This document shows positions 11,573 through 24,041 of a DNA stretch of 64,000 nt, in pieces. The stretch is taken from NCBI GenBank assembly GCA_964019335.1, contig OZ025664.1, positions 248,001 to 312,000 on the forward strand. Reading direction: 5' to 3'. The DNA is from Diplonema japonicum (taxonomy: Eukaryota > Protista > Euglenozoa: Diplonemea). The position numbers and the translations under genes are program-made. The notes below the pieces were generated by a model. That model did no database searches. It worked only from the letters and a program-made list of their open reading frames with translations, and was not told the DNA's origin. The number at the start of each line of letters is the position of its first letter. Within the stretch, counting starts at the first letter, position 1.

Positions 11573-13299
11573 ATGGCGGCCCAAGATGACCAGCATCTGC
11601 TTGAGTCGAAATTCAAGCTTTTGGAGACAGGGAGGAAGATATACTTTGAAGACTCACAGCAACAGCTGAAGAGCACGAAGGAGGCGGTAAACATGCTTCG
11701 CAAGGAGAACAAAGAGTTGAAAAAATCGCTCCGATCCATACAAGAGGAGAAGAAGTCCGACAAGGAGAACGTCCACGGGAGCATACAAGACGCAGAGCTG
11801 CACCAATTGGAGACAAAGGTAGTAAACGCGAGGAAGAACCTGGACACTTTGAAGGTATAGAAAAAAAAAAAAAAAAGAAAAAAAAAAAAAAAAAAACCCA
11901 CAGCATTTCAACGACCAAAGCGCGGCATCCATCCAATCAGCAAGAGAGAAGCTGAAAGACGTAGACCTGATAAAACCAGATGTTCTTGATCTTGATCCGG
12001 GGTTGGCCAGAAAGGTTTGCTTTTTTTTTTTTCTTTTCTTTTTTTTACAAAAAAAAAAAAAAAAAAATCCATAGATCCGCATGCTTGAAAACCGACTAGA
12101 CAAATCTATGATAAAGTACAACGAAGCACAAGCCATTCGAAAGACGTACGAACAGATTGTAAAGCGGTTGAAGGAAGAGCGAATCGGTTTTGACAACCAG
12201 CTTGCTGCAATCGAGAGAACGTTGAAAGCAAAGGACCACGATTATCATGAATTGCTGAATATGTCGCATGACGCCAATCATGCTAACGCCATTTCCAAGG
12301 CTGAACTCGGACAGTTCAGGGCAGCGTATGAAGAAGAAAGACGCCAAAAGGACATCGAGCTCTCGGAACGCAAGCAAGCCGTTCAAAAAAGAATCGATCA
12401 AACACAGCGTTTGGAACGGAAGGAGAAAATCTCAAAAGCGAAGGAAGCCGAAGCAACCGCTCCGAAACAAGAGGAGGAACGGCCGAAACAACAAGTTGTG
12501 GAGCCCGCACCAGAAGAACAGGAAAAGCTTAGACAATACGAAGAAGCATTTGCCAAGATAAAGGAGGCTACAGGAGTTGCAGATGTTCAAGAAGTGATAC
12601 AGAAATTCGTCACACAAGAAGACACACACAGAAACCTCGTCGACATGAAGGAAATGACACAATCAAAGATCGACCACATTACTATAGAAAAAGCCAACCT
12701 CAAAGCAATCCTCGAGGAGCTGAAGTACTCTGGATCCGGCCAGCTTGGTTCAAGACGAATAGTCGATGAATTCGAGGCGCACCTCGCAGAGGCCCGGCAT
12801 CAATGCGAGAAAAACTGTCTGAAATACGAAAGAGCCGCCCGGCTGCTAATCAACGTCAAGGCCGGCATCGAACATTTAAGGTACAAAACATTTTTTTTTT
12901 TTTTTTTAAACCCCAAAACACAGTGAAAAGCTCACGGATTACAAAACAAAGGACGGCTCGGAGAACACAGACGACCTGAAAAAAAACAAAGATGAGTCGA
13001 TTGTAAAAGTAATGGAGCAGTGCCACGCCAAGCTGCAAATGCTTGCAGAAGAGGCTGGGCCAGGTCTTAATGACACAGATGTTTCGCTGCCTGTTGAAGC
13101 TACGGCAGGTAGCCTCCCAGCAACCAACAGAAGAATCAAAATCCCTACCTCTGATGAAGATGAAGACCCAGGCGACGATGAAGACGAAGACGAAGAAGAA
13201 GACGTTCTTGACAGGGAAACAGTCAAGAAGCTTGCAAATCTGGCTGTCGAACGTGAGAAGAAAAAGTCCAAGAAACGCGGCAAGAAATCGAAAGAATGA
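11573..13299 (+). CDS. Outer dynein arm docking complex coiled-coil subunit (ODA-DC1/CCDC151-like); introns 11855-11903, 12015-12074, 12881-12923
   Basis: Signature RMLENRLDKSMIKYNEAQAIRKTYEQIVKRLKEERIGFDNQLAAIERTLKAK; three GT-AG introns restore a continuous frame. Confidence 0.85.
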
Positions 13300-13610
13300 A
13301 GGGGGGAAAAAAAAGGGAGGTATAATCTCTGCAAAAGAGAGCTAGGAATACCTCTTTTTTTTTTCTTTTCTTTTCTTTTCTTCTTTTCTCATCTTCTTTC
13401 CCCCCAAAGTGAGAGTTTTGCCAATTTCTTTTTTTTTGTTATAGTTTTTTTTTTTTTTCCCCTGTTTATTTTGTTTTATTTACCCCACTCTCCCCCTGTT
13501 TGTCACCCCCATATTCTACTGAATCTTTTTGGTTTGTGTTTTATTTTATTTTTTTTTTGTTCTTTTATTTCCATGCGTGCTTCAATAATAAATAATAAAG
13601 CTTGAGAACA

Positions 13611-13670
13611 ACGTCTCTTACCGGCCTTCCTCTTTTGTAGAGGCCTTAGGTTCGCACGTACGTAGATCGT
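13611..13670 (+). ncRNA. Candidate single-hairpin H/ACA-like (AGA box) guide RNA
   Basis: ACGT..GGCCT/AGGCC..ACGT stems with an internal pocket, followed by AGA; adjacent to C/D candidates. Confidence 0.4.
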
Positions 13671-13693
13671 CTTTCCACCAACCCAGGTGTCCA

Positions 13694-13795
13694 GTGATGA
13701 GAAATTCCGTTTAATAGTCTTCTTTCCAATGAAAAAAAAAAAAAAAAATCATTTTTCGTGATTCCAACAACAGATAGCTGACAGTTTCATTCTGA
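13694..13795 (+). ncRNA. Box C/D snoRNA candidate targeting LSU rRNA GGAAAGAAGAC
   Basis: Box C GTGATGA, guide GTCTTCTTTCC before D' ATGA, C' GTGATT, box D CTGA at 13778 or 13792. Confidence 0.7.
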
Positions 13796-13992
13796 GAACA
13801 CTTTTTTTTTATGCACCCTGGATTGACTTGAGACATAGTTGCACCTTCCATCTCCGGAGTGCCGCCTTTCCAAAAGAACCCCCCCAATTCCACGTTGTGC
13901 TTCCGCCCCTTCACATAGCTCTCTGATTAAAACACTTTACTTGACATTACTACCTGTCTTAGGTGAGGGGAGGCGAAGCCCCCCTTCTCCCT

Positions 13993-14050
13993 GTGCTGAT
14001 CACTTACCCGCGCTTATGAGAAGCAGCCTTGCGGGCAGGAACCGCTCTGA
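13993..14050 (+). ncRNA. Box C/D snoRNA candidate targeting LSU rRNA AAGCGCGGGUAA
   Basis: Variant box C GTGCTGA; 12-nt guide TTACCCGCGCTT abutting D' ATGA; box D CTGA 14047-14050. Confidence 0.6.
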
Positions 14051-14051
14051 A

Positions 14052-14150
14052 GTGATGACATTGAATACACCGCAACGGTCTGAGTCCTGTCACGAGGATT
14101 AGAAACGTATTGACGTCTGGGAGGCCTCTTTTGGTCTCTTGGGCAGCTGA
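14052..14150 (+). ncRNA. Box C/D snoRNA candidate (target not recognised)
   Basis: GTGATGA, D' CTGA 14080, C'-like GAGGATT; box D uncertain (CTGA 14147). Confidence 0.45.
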
Positions 14151-14231
14151 TCGGAATAATTTTCTTTTTTTTTAAACCCCCTCATATTGTTCATCTTAGG
14201 AGAGTGGGTGAGGTTGGGTGCAGCTCACAGG

Positions 14232-14882
14232 ATGGTGGCAGTACAAGCCAGTGAAGCACGCATAATAGAAGTTGTTAGAGGGACAGAGAAGAACATCCCC
14301 TCCGCAGAGGGGCAGCCGGTACAGCTTCACGTGAAACGAACAAGTTGCGAAGAGGAAGGTCCGTACAAGGGACCGAGGGAACTGTATAAATCGCTGATAG
14401 TTGTAGGTTTCGCTCACCTATGCTTGTGGGGGTCAATCTACTCACTGGCTGGTGACGTCGATGGTGGCTCTGAGACAGTGGTTATCTTTGCCCCTATGCT
14501 GTTGATAGGGTTGTTCGCCTGTGTTGCTGGGATGCTGTGGTACGCTAGAGTCGTCAGCCCTGAGCATGAACGGTTGACTGTGAGGAATTGCCTTCTTGCC
14601 GCCGCTTTGACCGATGTCGTTCTGACTGGCGTATACCTGCTCATTGTCTTCAACAGTCACTATGACACGCACGCCCCGTTTACTAAACATGATTTTGATT
14701 ACAGAGACAAGAAGAGAACGCTTTTCTGCGCTCTTCTTGGAATTCACATAGCGCTCTCCTGGCTCAGCTTTGGGTACATGGGCTACATTGGGATCAAAAA
14801 GGCCGAAGAGGAAATCACGGTCCTTACTGTTATCCAAGTGGGGGAGTTGAGGGAAGCCGCAGTGTGCCCCTCACAACAATAA
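14232..14882 (+). CDS. Hypothetical 4-TM membrane protein
   Basis: Open frame with four hydrophobic helices; first in-frame ATG at 14232. Confidence 0.65.
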   Translation: MVAVQASEARIIEVVRGTEKNIPSAEGQPVQLHVKRTSCEEEGPYKGPRELYKSLIVVGFAHLCLWGSIYSLAGDVDGGSETVVIFAPMLLIGLFACVAGMLWYARVVSPEHERLTVRNCLLAAALTDVVLTGVYLLIVFNSHYDTHAPFTKHDFDYRDKKRTLFCALLGIHIALSWLSFGYMGYIGIKKAEEEITVLTVIQVGELREAAVCPSQQ

Positions 14883-17306
14883 AAAAAAAAAAAGAACAAA
14901 CAAACAAAAAAAAAGTAATGGGGGGGAATTAAAAAAAAAAAACATATTATCCGGGTTAACCGATCACTGTCAGGTGTTTTTAGATTTTCAAGAGGGGGGC
15001 GGCTTTGTGAAATAGAAGGGAAATAAATATGGTTGCATGCTCTCAATTTAAAACCCGAATTGTAATTTTTTTAAAAAAAAAAAATCTCGTTGGTGATCGG
15101 ATGCCCTTGGACGAAGAAAAGAAAAAAAGGGGGTGTGAAAAATAAATGAAATATAATCATATTTTTTTTATTTGGTGGGATTGTTGCTCACCGCTTTTTT
15201 TATTTTTTTTTTGGATGCAAATTACATATGTGGGACACTGTGCTTTTTCTACTTTGCCCCATTCATTAAACTTCTTTCGGAGGGTGAGTTATGGTTGAGG
15301 GAAAAGAGGACAAAGTACAGCAATAAGGACCTCATCACCTTTATGACACTTCCGGAAGGAGCTCTTCGAGTTCCCCCCCCCCCCCCCCCCCCTTCCCTCC
15401 CTCTCCTCGCAAAAAATTCAAATGATCTTTTTTGCAGTTTTTTCTTCTTCCCTCCTTTCCTCAGATTTCTTTCTTTACCTTCTTTTGGGACAGCAAGACT
15501 GGTCTTTTGGTACCCATGTACAAAAGGCGAGTCACGGCTCTCTCTAGAGCGGGGCGACCTAACAGCCAGGAAGATTGCACTGCAGTCACTGTACCCCCGG
15601 TCACTATGGTCGAAATATTCCTTTTTTATTTTTCTGGGAAAAAAAAAGGGGAGAAAAAAAAAAGAAGGAAAAAAAAAGAAGAAAAAAAAAAACCTTCCCC
15701 AGCTTTTGCCTTTGGCAACTTGAACTTGGGGTTTTTATTATTTTTACTACACTATATCAAAAAGAAAAAAAAAGAAAAAAAACACATTTCCATATTTAAA
15801 ACCCCCCCCCGAAAAAAAAACTTATATATAAAATAGAGATTGGCTCTTTTGCACTCCCGATAAATAGTTATAGTTTTTTTTTTTTAATTCACTTTTTCTT
15901 TTTTTTCTAGGGGGGGAGACAGAGAGAAGAGAAGGGGAGAAAAAGAACAAAAAAAAAACCAAAGCAAATTGGTACAATTTCCCCCTCCTTTTGGCCTTGT
16001 TAGAGAGTATTTCACACTTCCCCCTCCCCCTTTTTTTTATGTCAACAATAACAAAAAAAGTTATGACCAAAAAAAAAGAGAACAATTGCTGGCAGTTTTT
16101 TGATACCACCATCCCCCCCCCCCCCCCCCCCCCCCGACCACATTTCAAGCTCAACTTTGATTTCCATCAAACTACGCAACCTGCAGTGATCGCATTAAGG
16201 TGGGGGAGGGGGAATTTTTCTTTTTTTTTTTGTTGTTGTTCCTGATTTCGGGTTGCCGGGATGTGAAGTTGACAATGATAACAAAAGCTCAATTGGCATG
16301 GGGAAACAAAGGGGGGATGATGTCCCGTTTTTTTTCTCTTTTTTTTTCCCCTCCCCACCCCCCCCTTTTTTTTCTATAGAAATTATCATATGGGTTTGCA
16401 GAAAGTCAGCTTGGTGACAGAAGGAGCTTTTTCTTCTCCGCCCACACCCTTTTCTTCATTTTTTTTTTCCTCTGGCACTACACACTCCAAACCCCATCGT
16501 GGGTTACGTGACACATATTTACAGGGTTAAAAAAAAAGAGAGGACTTCCCCCTCCCCCTCTTTTTTTCTTTCAATGATCATCTAGCTCGCCCAATGCTTC
16601 ATGTTTCTTATGCCAGCCTTTGAAGGAAAAAAAAAAATGCCGAGGGCAGTGAAGTAAAACCATTTCTTTTTCATTTTTTTTTCCTGTTACCGAAGAGGAA
16701 AGGGTTTTTTTTTTAACGGGGTGTATAGCCCCCCGTTGAAAGTTATATAAAAAAAGGGGAAAGAAGAACGGAGGGAGGGGGGAAATATTCTTCCCCCCCC
16801 CCCCTTTTTCTTCTCTTTTTCTTCTCTTTTTCTCTCCTTCTTTTTTACTGTTGAAAAGAAATTGGCCCAACCACCCATTCCCCCCCCCTCTCCCTATTTT
16901 ATTTAAGCGTCAAATCTCCCGCAATTTCTTTATTTAAAAAAAAAAATAACTCCTGCGGAAAATTACTTTTTTCGTAAGTGAAATTTGGCCTTTAAAAAAA
17001 AAAGAGGTTTTTTTCCCCCCGTCGAACCGACGGCAGGTTTTCGTCCGGCTTCAATCTTCGGAACAACAAAACATTCCTCTTTTTTTTTTTCTCTTTTTTT
17101 TTTTCTTTTTTTTTTCTTTTTCTTTTTTTTTTTTTTTTTTTGCCAAAAATAGCGGGGGAAATCCCCACTCAAAAAAAATTTTTTTTCAAGGAAAAAGAAA
17201 AGAGGGGGGATCTGGCTGCGCAAAATAATACCCCTTTCCCCTTTTTTTTTTTCCCCCAAAAAATTTTTTAGAAAGTTCACAGTGTGGGGGTGGGAGAACG
17301 AAGGGG

Positions 17307-17334
<28 letters not shown>

Positions 17335-17337
<3 letters not shown>

Positions 17338-20300
17338 CCATTGAAGTCAACGACGGAGTGCATGGATTATGAGAAGGGAAGTATTGCAGGGAAGCTGAAA
17401 AACTTTCAGAAGGAGCTTTTTATGAAGAGCAAGGATGAAAATACTGTTGTATTCGCCCCCACCGGGAGCGGGAAAACATGGGTAAGTGCCGCCGTGGCAC
17501 AACACGTTTTACAGAAGGCCCCGAGCAACAGGCAAGAGAGAAAGCGCACGGACAACAAAAAATACCAAATGCTGAAGAAGAACTTCGTGGTTTTTCTGGT
17601 GAACAGGATACCCTTGGTGGAACAGCAGGGCACGGCTTTCGTCGATATTTTCAACAGTGTAGGTGAAACTGTCTTGGTGCAGAAATACAGTTCCAACCAC
17701 AGCAACACAAACCAGTCCTTGGGATGGGATCAAATCTACAACACATATGACGTTGTTTTCATGATCGATCAGATTTTCTTCTCTCTTCTTAACGAGCGTC
17801 GCGCGCATCTGTCTGACGTGGACCTGATCATCATTGATGAATGCCACCACTGCATCGGGAACTCTCCTGTGAACAACATCATGCTGGAACATTACCACAA
17901 GGAGGAGGACGGTCCGCTCCCGCAGCTGCTCGGTCTCACCGCGTCTCCTGGGAGCGACGTGACCTACGATGATACCTTCAAAAAAACAAGCCGATTGCTT
18001 GGTTCCCTTCGGTCCGGCATTGCATCTGTCACAGACCGCGACAACATGGCCGAGCTCAGACATGCGGTCTCACCTGCATCTGAACACATTGTAAAATACA
18101 CATCAAGCAGTTTGGAACACGAATGCAGCTGGTGTGTCTCTGAGATAATGCAAAATTTGGAGGATTTGGCGATGGATCGCCCGGTTACTGTTGGTGGTGT
18201 GAAGCTCCAGATCGATGAGTTCCCACCGCACCTCACGTCTGGGTTGAATTTTAGATCCTCCATCGAGTACAGAATGTTCAGTAGAATGCAGTCAGTCGTG
18301 GCGGACAGCAAATCCAGGCGGGGGATAAGCGATCTTTACTCCACGTTGGAGCAGCTTTCCGAGCTTCTCATCTACCTCACCGAGATCGGTTTTGACCATG
18401 CCGCTGAGGCTTTTGAAGCTGACACGATCGACTACAAGTCAGAGGTCAGAGGAAGGGTTCGGGACGACTGCCCTGAGATCCTCGACGAGGAACGCCGTTG
18501 CGAAACGCATCTAATCAGCAAGAGAATGGAGCTGTGCCAAGCCTTTGCAAACTTGAAGAGAAAGTACCCCGAAGATGCACAGAAATGCACGAAACTCCAA
18601 CAACTCTTCTCGTGCCTAATTGACGCTCACACAGTGCACATAGTACACGGGACATGGCATGCTGTTGACATCAACGAATCACCGTTCCCCGCTATCAATA
18701 TCAAGGTGGAAGGCCTCCGCCGTTGCTTGCTACGCGTCATCGATCGACACAGCGTGACAATTGGAGAGAACAAATTCAAAGTCCGTCCGCTTCGTGACAG
18801 CGATGGCGTCGATCTGGAACATGTTGCGCACGAAGGACTGGCTGTTGAGGCAGTTCTCCGTTTAAACGAACGAGGTGCCACCGAGCTGCTTATCAGGAAC
18901 TCTATGACAGGCATTCAATATGTCTTCAGAAAGGAACGTGATGACAAGTTTCGCGCCATTATCTTCACGCAAACCAAGAAAGGCGTCAATCGCATCGCAG
19001 AGCAGTTGAAATACCACTCTCAGCTCCGTGGGCGGTTTACTCCAAGCATGTTCGTGGGCCACGGTAGCTCGGCCAATGAAAAAGGGATGTCAGCGAAGCA
19101 GCAAACCAACGTTGTCAGGGAGTTCAAGCGGGGGACTTTCAACTGTCTAGTCGCCACCAACGTTGCTGAAGAAGGCATCGACATCCCTGTTTGCAACGTT
19201 GTCATTCGGTATGACGCTCAGTTCTCCGTTATCAGTTACATCCAATCGCGGGGGAGAGCAAGGGCGAGGGATTCCATTTTTATAGTAATAGCATGTGAAG
19301 GAGCTGAACACGACCGGTACCAAAACATCAAGGAGCAAGAAATGTGGCAGGAAGAGGTGGTCCGTAGTCTTGAAAACGAAGAGGGTGAATCTGACTCCTC
19401 CGAGGATGACGGTGTGTCTCCCCGGGACACCCCCGAATTCTATCATCACAAGCCCCTTGAACGGCTTAGCAAATTCTGGGCAGACCGCATGTGGGGCAGC
19501 CCTGAGTTCAAGGAGGTCAAAAACGATGGACAGGACGGGCCGAACGAGATTTCGCTGAGTTGCTTGATAAATGGAAGAGCCTTGAAGCATAGCTCGCACT
19601 ACGCAGAGTGCTCCCACGAACAGAAGAGAAAAGCACGGAAAATTGTTGCGATTAAGATGTGCGAATCGCTAGCAGAGATGGACCTCATTCAACCCGAAGA
19701 CAGGGTTGTGACGCGTGGTATGGCTGTCTTTAACACCTTTGGCCAACGAGAAAAACTACAGAAACCACGATTTTGAAAACAGAGCTTTCAAAAAGGTTGT
19801 ACCTCACCAACTGCGTCGAGCCCCTGCTGCCCAACGAAAAGGAATCCAACGAGTACAACAAAGAGGACTGGCCGAAGAACGTTACGCCGCTTACCATACT
19901 CAACTCCGAGGTGTGTTGTTGCTGTTTCAAACAAAGAACCAAACAGATGAAGAAACAGAAGAAGAAGCTCCCCAAGACACGCACTGAGCCTGTTGCTTCA
20001 GACGACGGCGTCAAGATGGTGCAGGCTGTCGTACAGACGGAGAAGGGAACCGAGTGGACTATCTGGAAAGGGAAGCGCACCCCGAGGGTAGAAGACCATT
20101 CAAAGCGGAACAAGCAGAAAGAAGTGCTGATCTGTGAGGTTTGCATCGGAGTCCTCAAGAAGGTATTCGGCTTTCTTACTTAAGCGTTTATCACACTACA
20201 GGTGTTTGGAATTAAACTTGTCCGTGTGTTCCCAATTGAGGGAAACACCATGCTCGAGCCGCAGCAAGGTGCGAAGGTGGGGTTAAGCAGCGAAGCTTAC

Positions 20301-20723
20301 ATTCAGCCATCCCAACCTGTACTAGGGGGGCACACGAAGCAAGAGCAAGTCAGTCAATGGCGTGCGCAGGTTCAACATCCTCAGCAGCTGCAAACACAAT
20401 CACTGCACCAACACCATCAACATCAACATCAACATCAACATCAACAGCAACACAAACACCAGCACTCTCTCCAACATCACCAGCACCATCAACACCAACA
20501 TCAATACAAACACCAGCATCCTCACCAACACCAGCACCATCCTCTCCAACATCAGCATCAGCATCAACATCAACACAAACACCAACATCACCAACTCCAG
20601 CATCTTCACCAACACCATCGCCATCAACACCATCACCATCACCATCACCATCAACACCAACACCATCAACACCACCATCAACACCAACACCATCGCCATC
20701 AACACCATCACCATCAACATCAA

Positions 20724-20755
<32 letters not shown>

Positions 20756-21233
20756 ACACGCTCTTCACCAACATCAACACCAACACCATCAACATCAACA
20801 TCAACACAAACGCCAACATCACCATCACCATCAACACCAACACCATCACCATCACCATCAACATCAACACCAACACCATCAACATCAACACCAACACGCT
20901 CTTCACCAACATCACCAACATCAACACAAACACCAACATCACCAACACCACCTTCACCATCACCAACATCAACACCAACACGCTCTTCACCAACATCACC
21001 AACACCAACACCATCATCACAAGCATGAGGGAGAACAAAAAAAAAAGATCAACTCTAAACTAACTATGCTTGCTCAGCATAGCCACCAACTGCAAAACTC
21101 TCTGCTACCACCTACGCAGTGTGTTGTGCCTGCGGACACCTCGCAGATTTCTCAGTCCTACCAATGTACGGATGACTCTACCACGAGTCTCAAGCCCCTG
21201 CACCAGAGCTATGAGTCGTATGATGATTTTTGA
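17335..21233 (+). CDS. Dicer/RIG-I-type DECH helicase with two dsRBD-like domains and a His/Gln-rich tail; introns 19718-19782, 19911-19946, 20163-20201
   Basis: PTGSGKT, DECHH, LGLTASP, ATNVAEEGIDIPVCNVVIRYD and YIQSRGRAR motifs; dsRBD-like PLERLSKFW..ARKIVAIKMC and PLTILNSE..; spliced exons lead into ORF 20202-21233. Confidence 0.8.
20400..21020 (+). repeat. Degenerate (CAN)n low-complexity coding repeat (His/Gln)
   Basis: ~620 bp of CAC/CAT/CAA/CAG codons with recurring CACGCTCTTCAC subunits; open in several frames. Confidence 0.9.
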
Positions 21234-21380
21234 GCTCGTTGCGCTTCCGAACGTAGTCCAGCGTACGATGACCGCTGCTGCGGTGTTTCTTCATTTCTCC
21301 TCTTCTTCTTCTTTTTTTCCCTCTCTTTTCACCCTCGCTTCCTTTTTTGTAAACTCGCTTCACAGCTGTCGGGTTGTCAA

Positions 21381-22811
21381 ATGCCGGCCCCACCTAGCTG
21401 GGCACGAAACAATGGCATGATGAGTCCGTTAGCCACAGCAGCTAATGAGTACGAAGACGAGGCGCTGTTGGGGGATGGCTACGTGGGGGGCATGGGAAGG
21501 ATGAGCCCGAGCCCGGTGAAGAACGAAGCGACAGATGTTGTGGGGTTCTCACAACCGGGATACTCACCACCAAAATTGATGCAACCACGACCCCCAGTGG
21601 AACCGGTGAAACAGAAAGGCAACGCACTAACTGTCGTGTTCGGGAACGGCGGCACCGTGCAGGTACCTTATGAAACAGCGATGTGTGGAGAAGACATCAA
21701 GAAATACCTAGAAGACTCGGAAGGCGTGGAAGCTGGCAGACAACGGATCTGGCTAACCGACGGAAGCGAACTGGATAATTTCTGCGAGCTAGGACAAGCC
21801 GGCGTCCACGGCGGTGAGCGGCTGAAACTCAGCATCGTGGCGTCCCCTAGGAAATACGAAGCTTTCACCCCGCCAGACCTTCCCGAATCAGTCATGGAAA
21901 CAACGGAAATAATAATTGACAGACCCACAAAGGAGACTTCGCTGGGGATGAACTTCACCTCTGACATGATAGTCACAGACGTGGCACCGGATGGAGCGGC
22001 GGGCATGGCAGGTGTCACGACAGATATGAAAATTTTAGAGATCAACCAGCAAAAGGTTCTCAATTTATCAAATTTCAAGCAGGCGTTGCTGTTGTCCCCC
22101 GAAACCGTCACGCTGGTCGTCACCAAGAAAAACAATGTGGTACCGGACTCGATCGAGCCCCCCAAGCAAAACATACTGCCGGAGGGTCGGGCTGCACCCC
22201 ACCCTAGCGGCGCACAACAACAACTCATGGACGGGCATTACATGTGGCTGTTAAAACGGTTTTGTTTGGGTTTTTCGGTGTTTCTGTCGATCATTCTAGG
22301 ATTCGTTTGTTTAATAGTATACGCGAGTGAGAATGACAGAAGCTGTGGGAAAATCGAGAATTGGTGTGTTGGCGTTGGTGTGGTCATGTTGATAATGGGA
22401 TGTTTCGTGACATTTTTACTTCTAAACATCTACAGGCAAGGCATCGACTTGTTTGATGTGACAGACCTGTCAGCAATGGTCGCCTTGGGTGGTGTGTCGC
22501 TTGTTCTTTTGATGACAATTGCTGTGAGCATATCTGGGTTGGTCATCCTCACCCGCGATCTTTCTAGAGACGAACGAGACGCTTGCGGGCCTTTCCGTGA
22601 TCTTGTGGTCTTCCTTGTCGTCACTGTGGCTGTTATTATTATCCTGTTCGTGGCGATCTTTTTCGCGATGTGTACTTACAACCGGGATGTGCTAGAACGC
22701 CACCGTCGGTATAAATCGGAACGGGCTGCCGCGGCCAACCTCCCCTCCTGCCGTCCCAAGGACTACTTCCTTGATAGGAACAACACCGCGATTCCTTATA
22801 ATTATGTGTAA
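21381..22811 (+). CDS. Ubiquitin-like + PDZ + 4-TM membrane protein
   Basis: UBL (DIKKYLEDSEGVEAGRQRI), PDZ (SLGMNF..GAAGMAGV..ILEINQQKV) and C-terminal TM helices. Confidence 0.75.
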   Translation: MPAPPSWARNNGMMSPLATAANEYEDEALLGDGYVGGMGRMSPSPVKNEATDVVGFSQPGYSPPKLMQPRPPVEPVKQKGNALTVVFGNGGTVQVPYETAMCGEDIKKYLEDSEGVEAGRQRIWLTDGSELDNFCELGQAGVHGGERLKLSIVASPRKYEAFTPPDLPESVMETTEIIIDRPTKETSLGMNFTSDMIVTDVAPDGAAGMAGVTTDMKILEINQQKVLNLSNFKQALLLSPETVTLVVTKKNNVVPDSIEPPKQNILPEGRAAPHPSGAQQQLMDGHYMWLLKRFCLGFSVFLSIILGFVCLIVYASENDRSCGKIENWCVGVGVVMLIMGCFVTFLLLNIYRQGIDLFDVTDLSAMVALGGVSLVLLMTIAVSISGLVILTRDLSRDERDACGPFRDLVVFLVVTVAVIIILFVAIFFAMCTYNRDVLERHRRYKSERAAAANLPSCRPKDYFLDRNNTAIPYNYV

Positions 22812-23112
22812 AAAAAAAAAAAAGAGACAAAAATAGATTGTTATAGATACTCACATTGTGTTAGAACTGGTTTTTTTTTTTTTTTTTAAATATTTTTTTT
22901 TATTTGTTAGAATCCGATAAAGAAAAAAGGGGGTGGGGTGGGGGGTGTAATACCGTGCTATCCTCGTTCTGTCTGTCCTTTCCTTCATCCCCGACTCTTT
23001 TTTTTTTTTTTTTTTTTTTAAATTCCCCTTCGAATCGTTCTTTTTTTTTTTTTAAAAAGGGGAGAAAAAAAAAAGTAGGAGCTTACAACGAACAAATAAA
23101 AAAAGAAGAAAA

Positions 23113-23754
23113 ATGGGCATCATGAAGATAAAAATTGGTTCTTTCGAGCACGAATTCACAAATTGGTGCAAGGCTAAGTTCTCGATGCTCGGGTGTTTGC
23201 TGCTGTATTTTTTTGCGAAGATCCGGCTCTGCACGGGGGAGGCGCCGCAGGCGGAAGATACCGAGCAGGGCTGGTGGGGGTGGGGGAAGGCATCGCAGAA
23301 GGTCGAGGAAGAAATCTGGATGAAAAAAACACTGAACAAAGTATGCGGCGAGGTCAGAGAAGTGAACTGGGAGACCGCCATCGTCTACTGGCTGGCAATG
23401 ACCATTCTTATAGGAATTGGAGAAAAGGTGTGGCGCTGTGTGGAGAACCAAATGGCCGAAAAGTACAAGGGACAGATGACACCCTCATGCTCAAAGTGCG
23501 AGGAGGTCCTAACCAAGAGCGAGTACGCGACAGCACACAGCCAGGACAAGCTCAGTCAAGACAAACTTCCAACGACACGTTTCGAGATTGCCTCCAGCAG
23601 CGATGGGAGCCAAGCTTCAGATTCCTTCATCAATGGGAATGGTATCCACCTCTCTTCTCTCATAGAAACTGTTAAAAGTCTCAAGGCTGAGAAAGACACC
23701 TTAGCGAATGAAGTCCGAAGGTTACAGTTGCTTTTGGAACAAAAGTCGGAGTGA
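23113..23754 (+). CDS. Hypothetical membrane protein with C-terminal coiled coil
   Basis: 213-aa ORF after an A-rich leader; TM segment and coiled-coil end. Confidence 0.6.
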   Translation: MGIMKIKIGSFEHEFTNWCKAKFSMLGCLLLYFFAKIRLCTGEAPQAEDTEQGWWGWGKASQKVEEEIWMKKTLNKVCGEVREVNWETAIVYWLAMTILIGIGEKVWRCVENQMAEKYKGQMTPSCSKCEEVLTKSEYATAHSQDKLSQDKLPTTRFEIASSSDGSQASDSFINGNGIHLSSLIETVKSLKAEKDTLANEVRRLQLLLEQKSE

Positions 23755-24041
23755 GGAGAAGGGAGGATGAGGGGGGAGGGGGGTGTTATTTTAATGGCAC
23801 AAACAATTGGGGGAATTGCAAGGAAAAAAAAAAGAAAAAGGAGCACCTCACGGTAGATGAAGGCAAATCCAAGGCTAAATTCTGTACTCCTAAGTTCCCC
23901 TAAATATTGATTTGTGCACGATACAGTTTTTTTTTTTTTTTTTTTTTTTTTTACCTAGTTGACTATTCGTTGGCAGTGTTGTTGGTTGATTTTTCTTTTA
24001 TAAATTCGCTATTGCGCTGACAACCGAGCAAAAGAAATAAA

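Noticed and set aside
15172-17280. Many poly-Phe/poly-Lys ORFs in spacers (also 26000-28900, 37913-38457, 49915-50709)
   Set aside because: Products of homopolymer runs lacking stop codons
20357-21063. Overlapping Thr/Pro/Ser, Asn/Ile and minus-strand Met/Val/Leu ORFs
   Set aside because: Stop-free shadows of the (CAN)n repeat; only the His/Gln frame connects to the flanking exon
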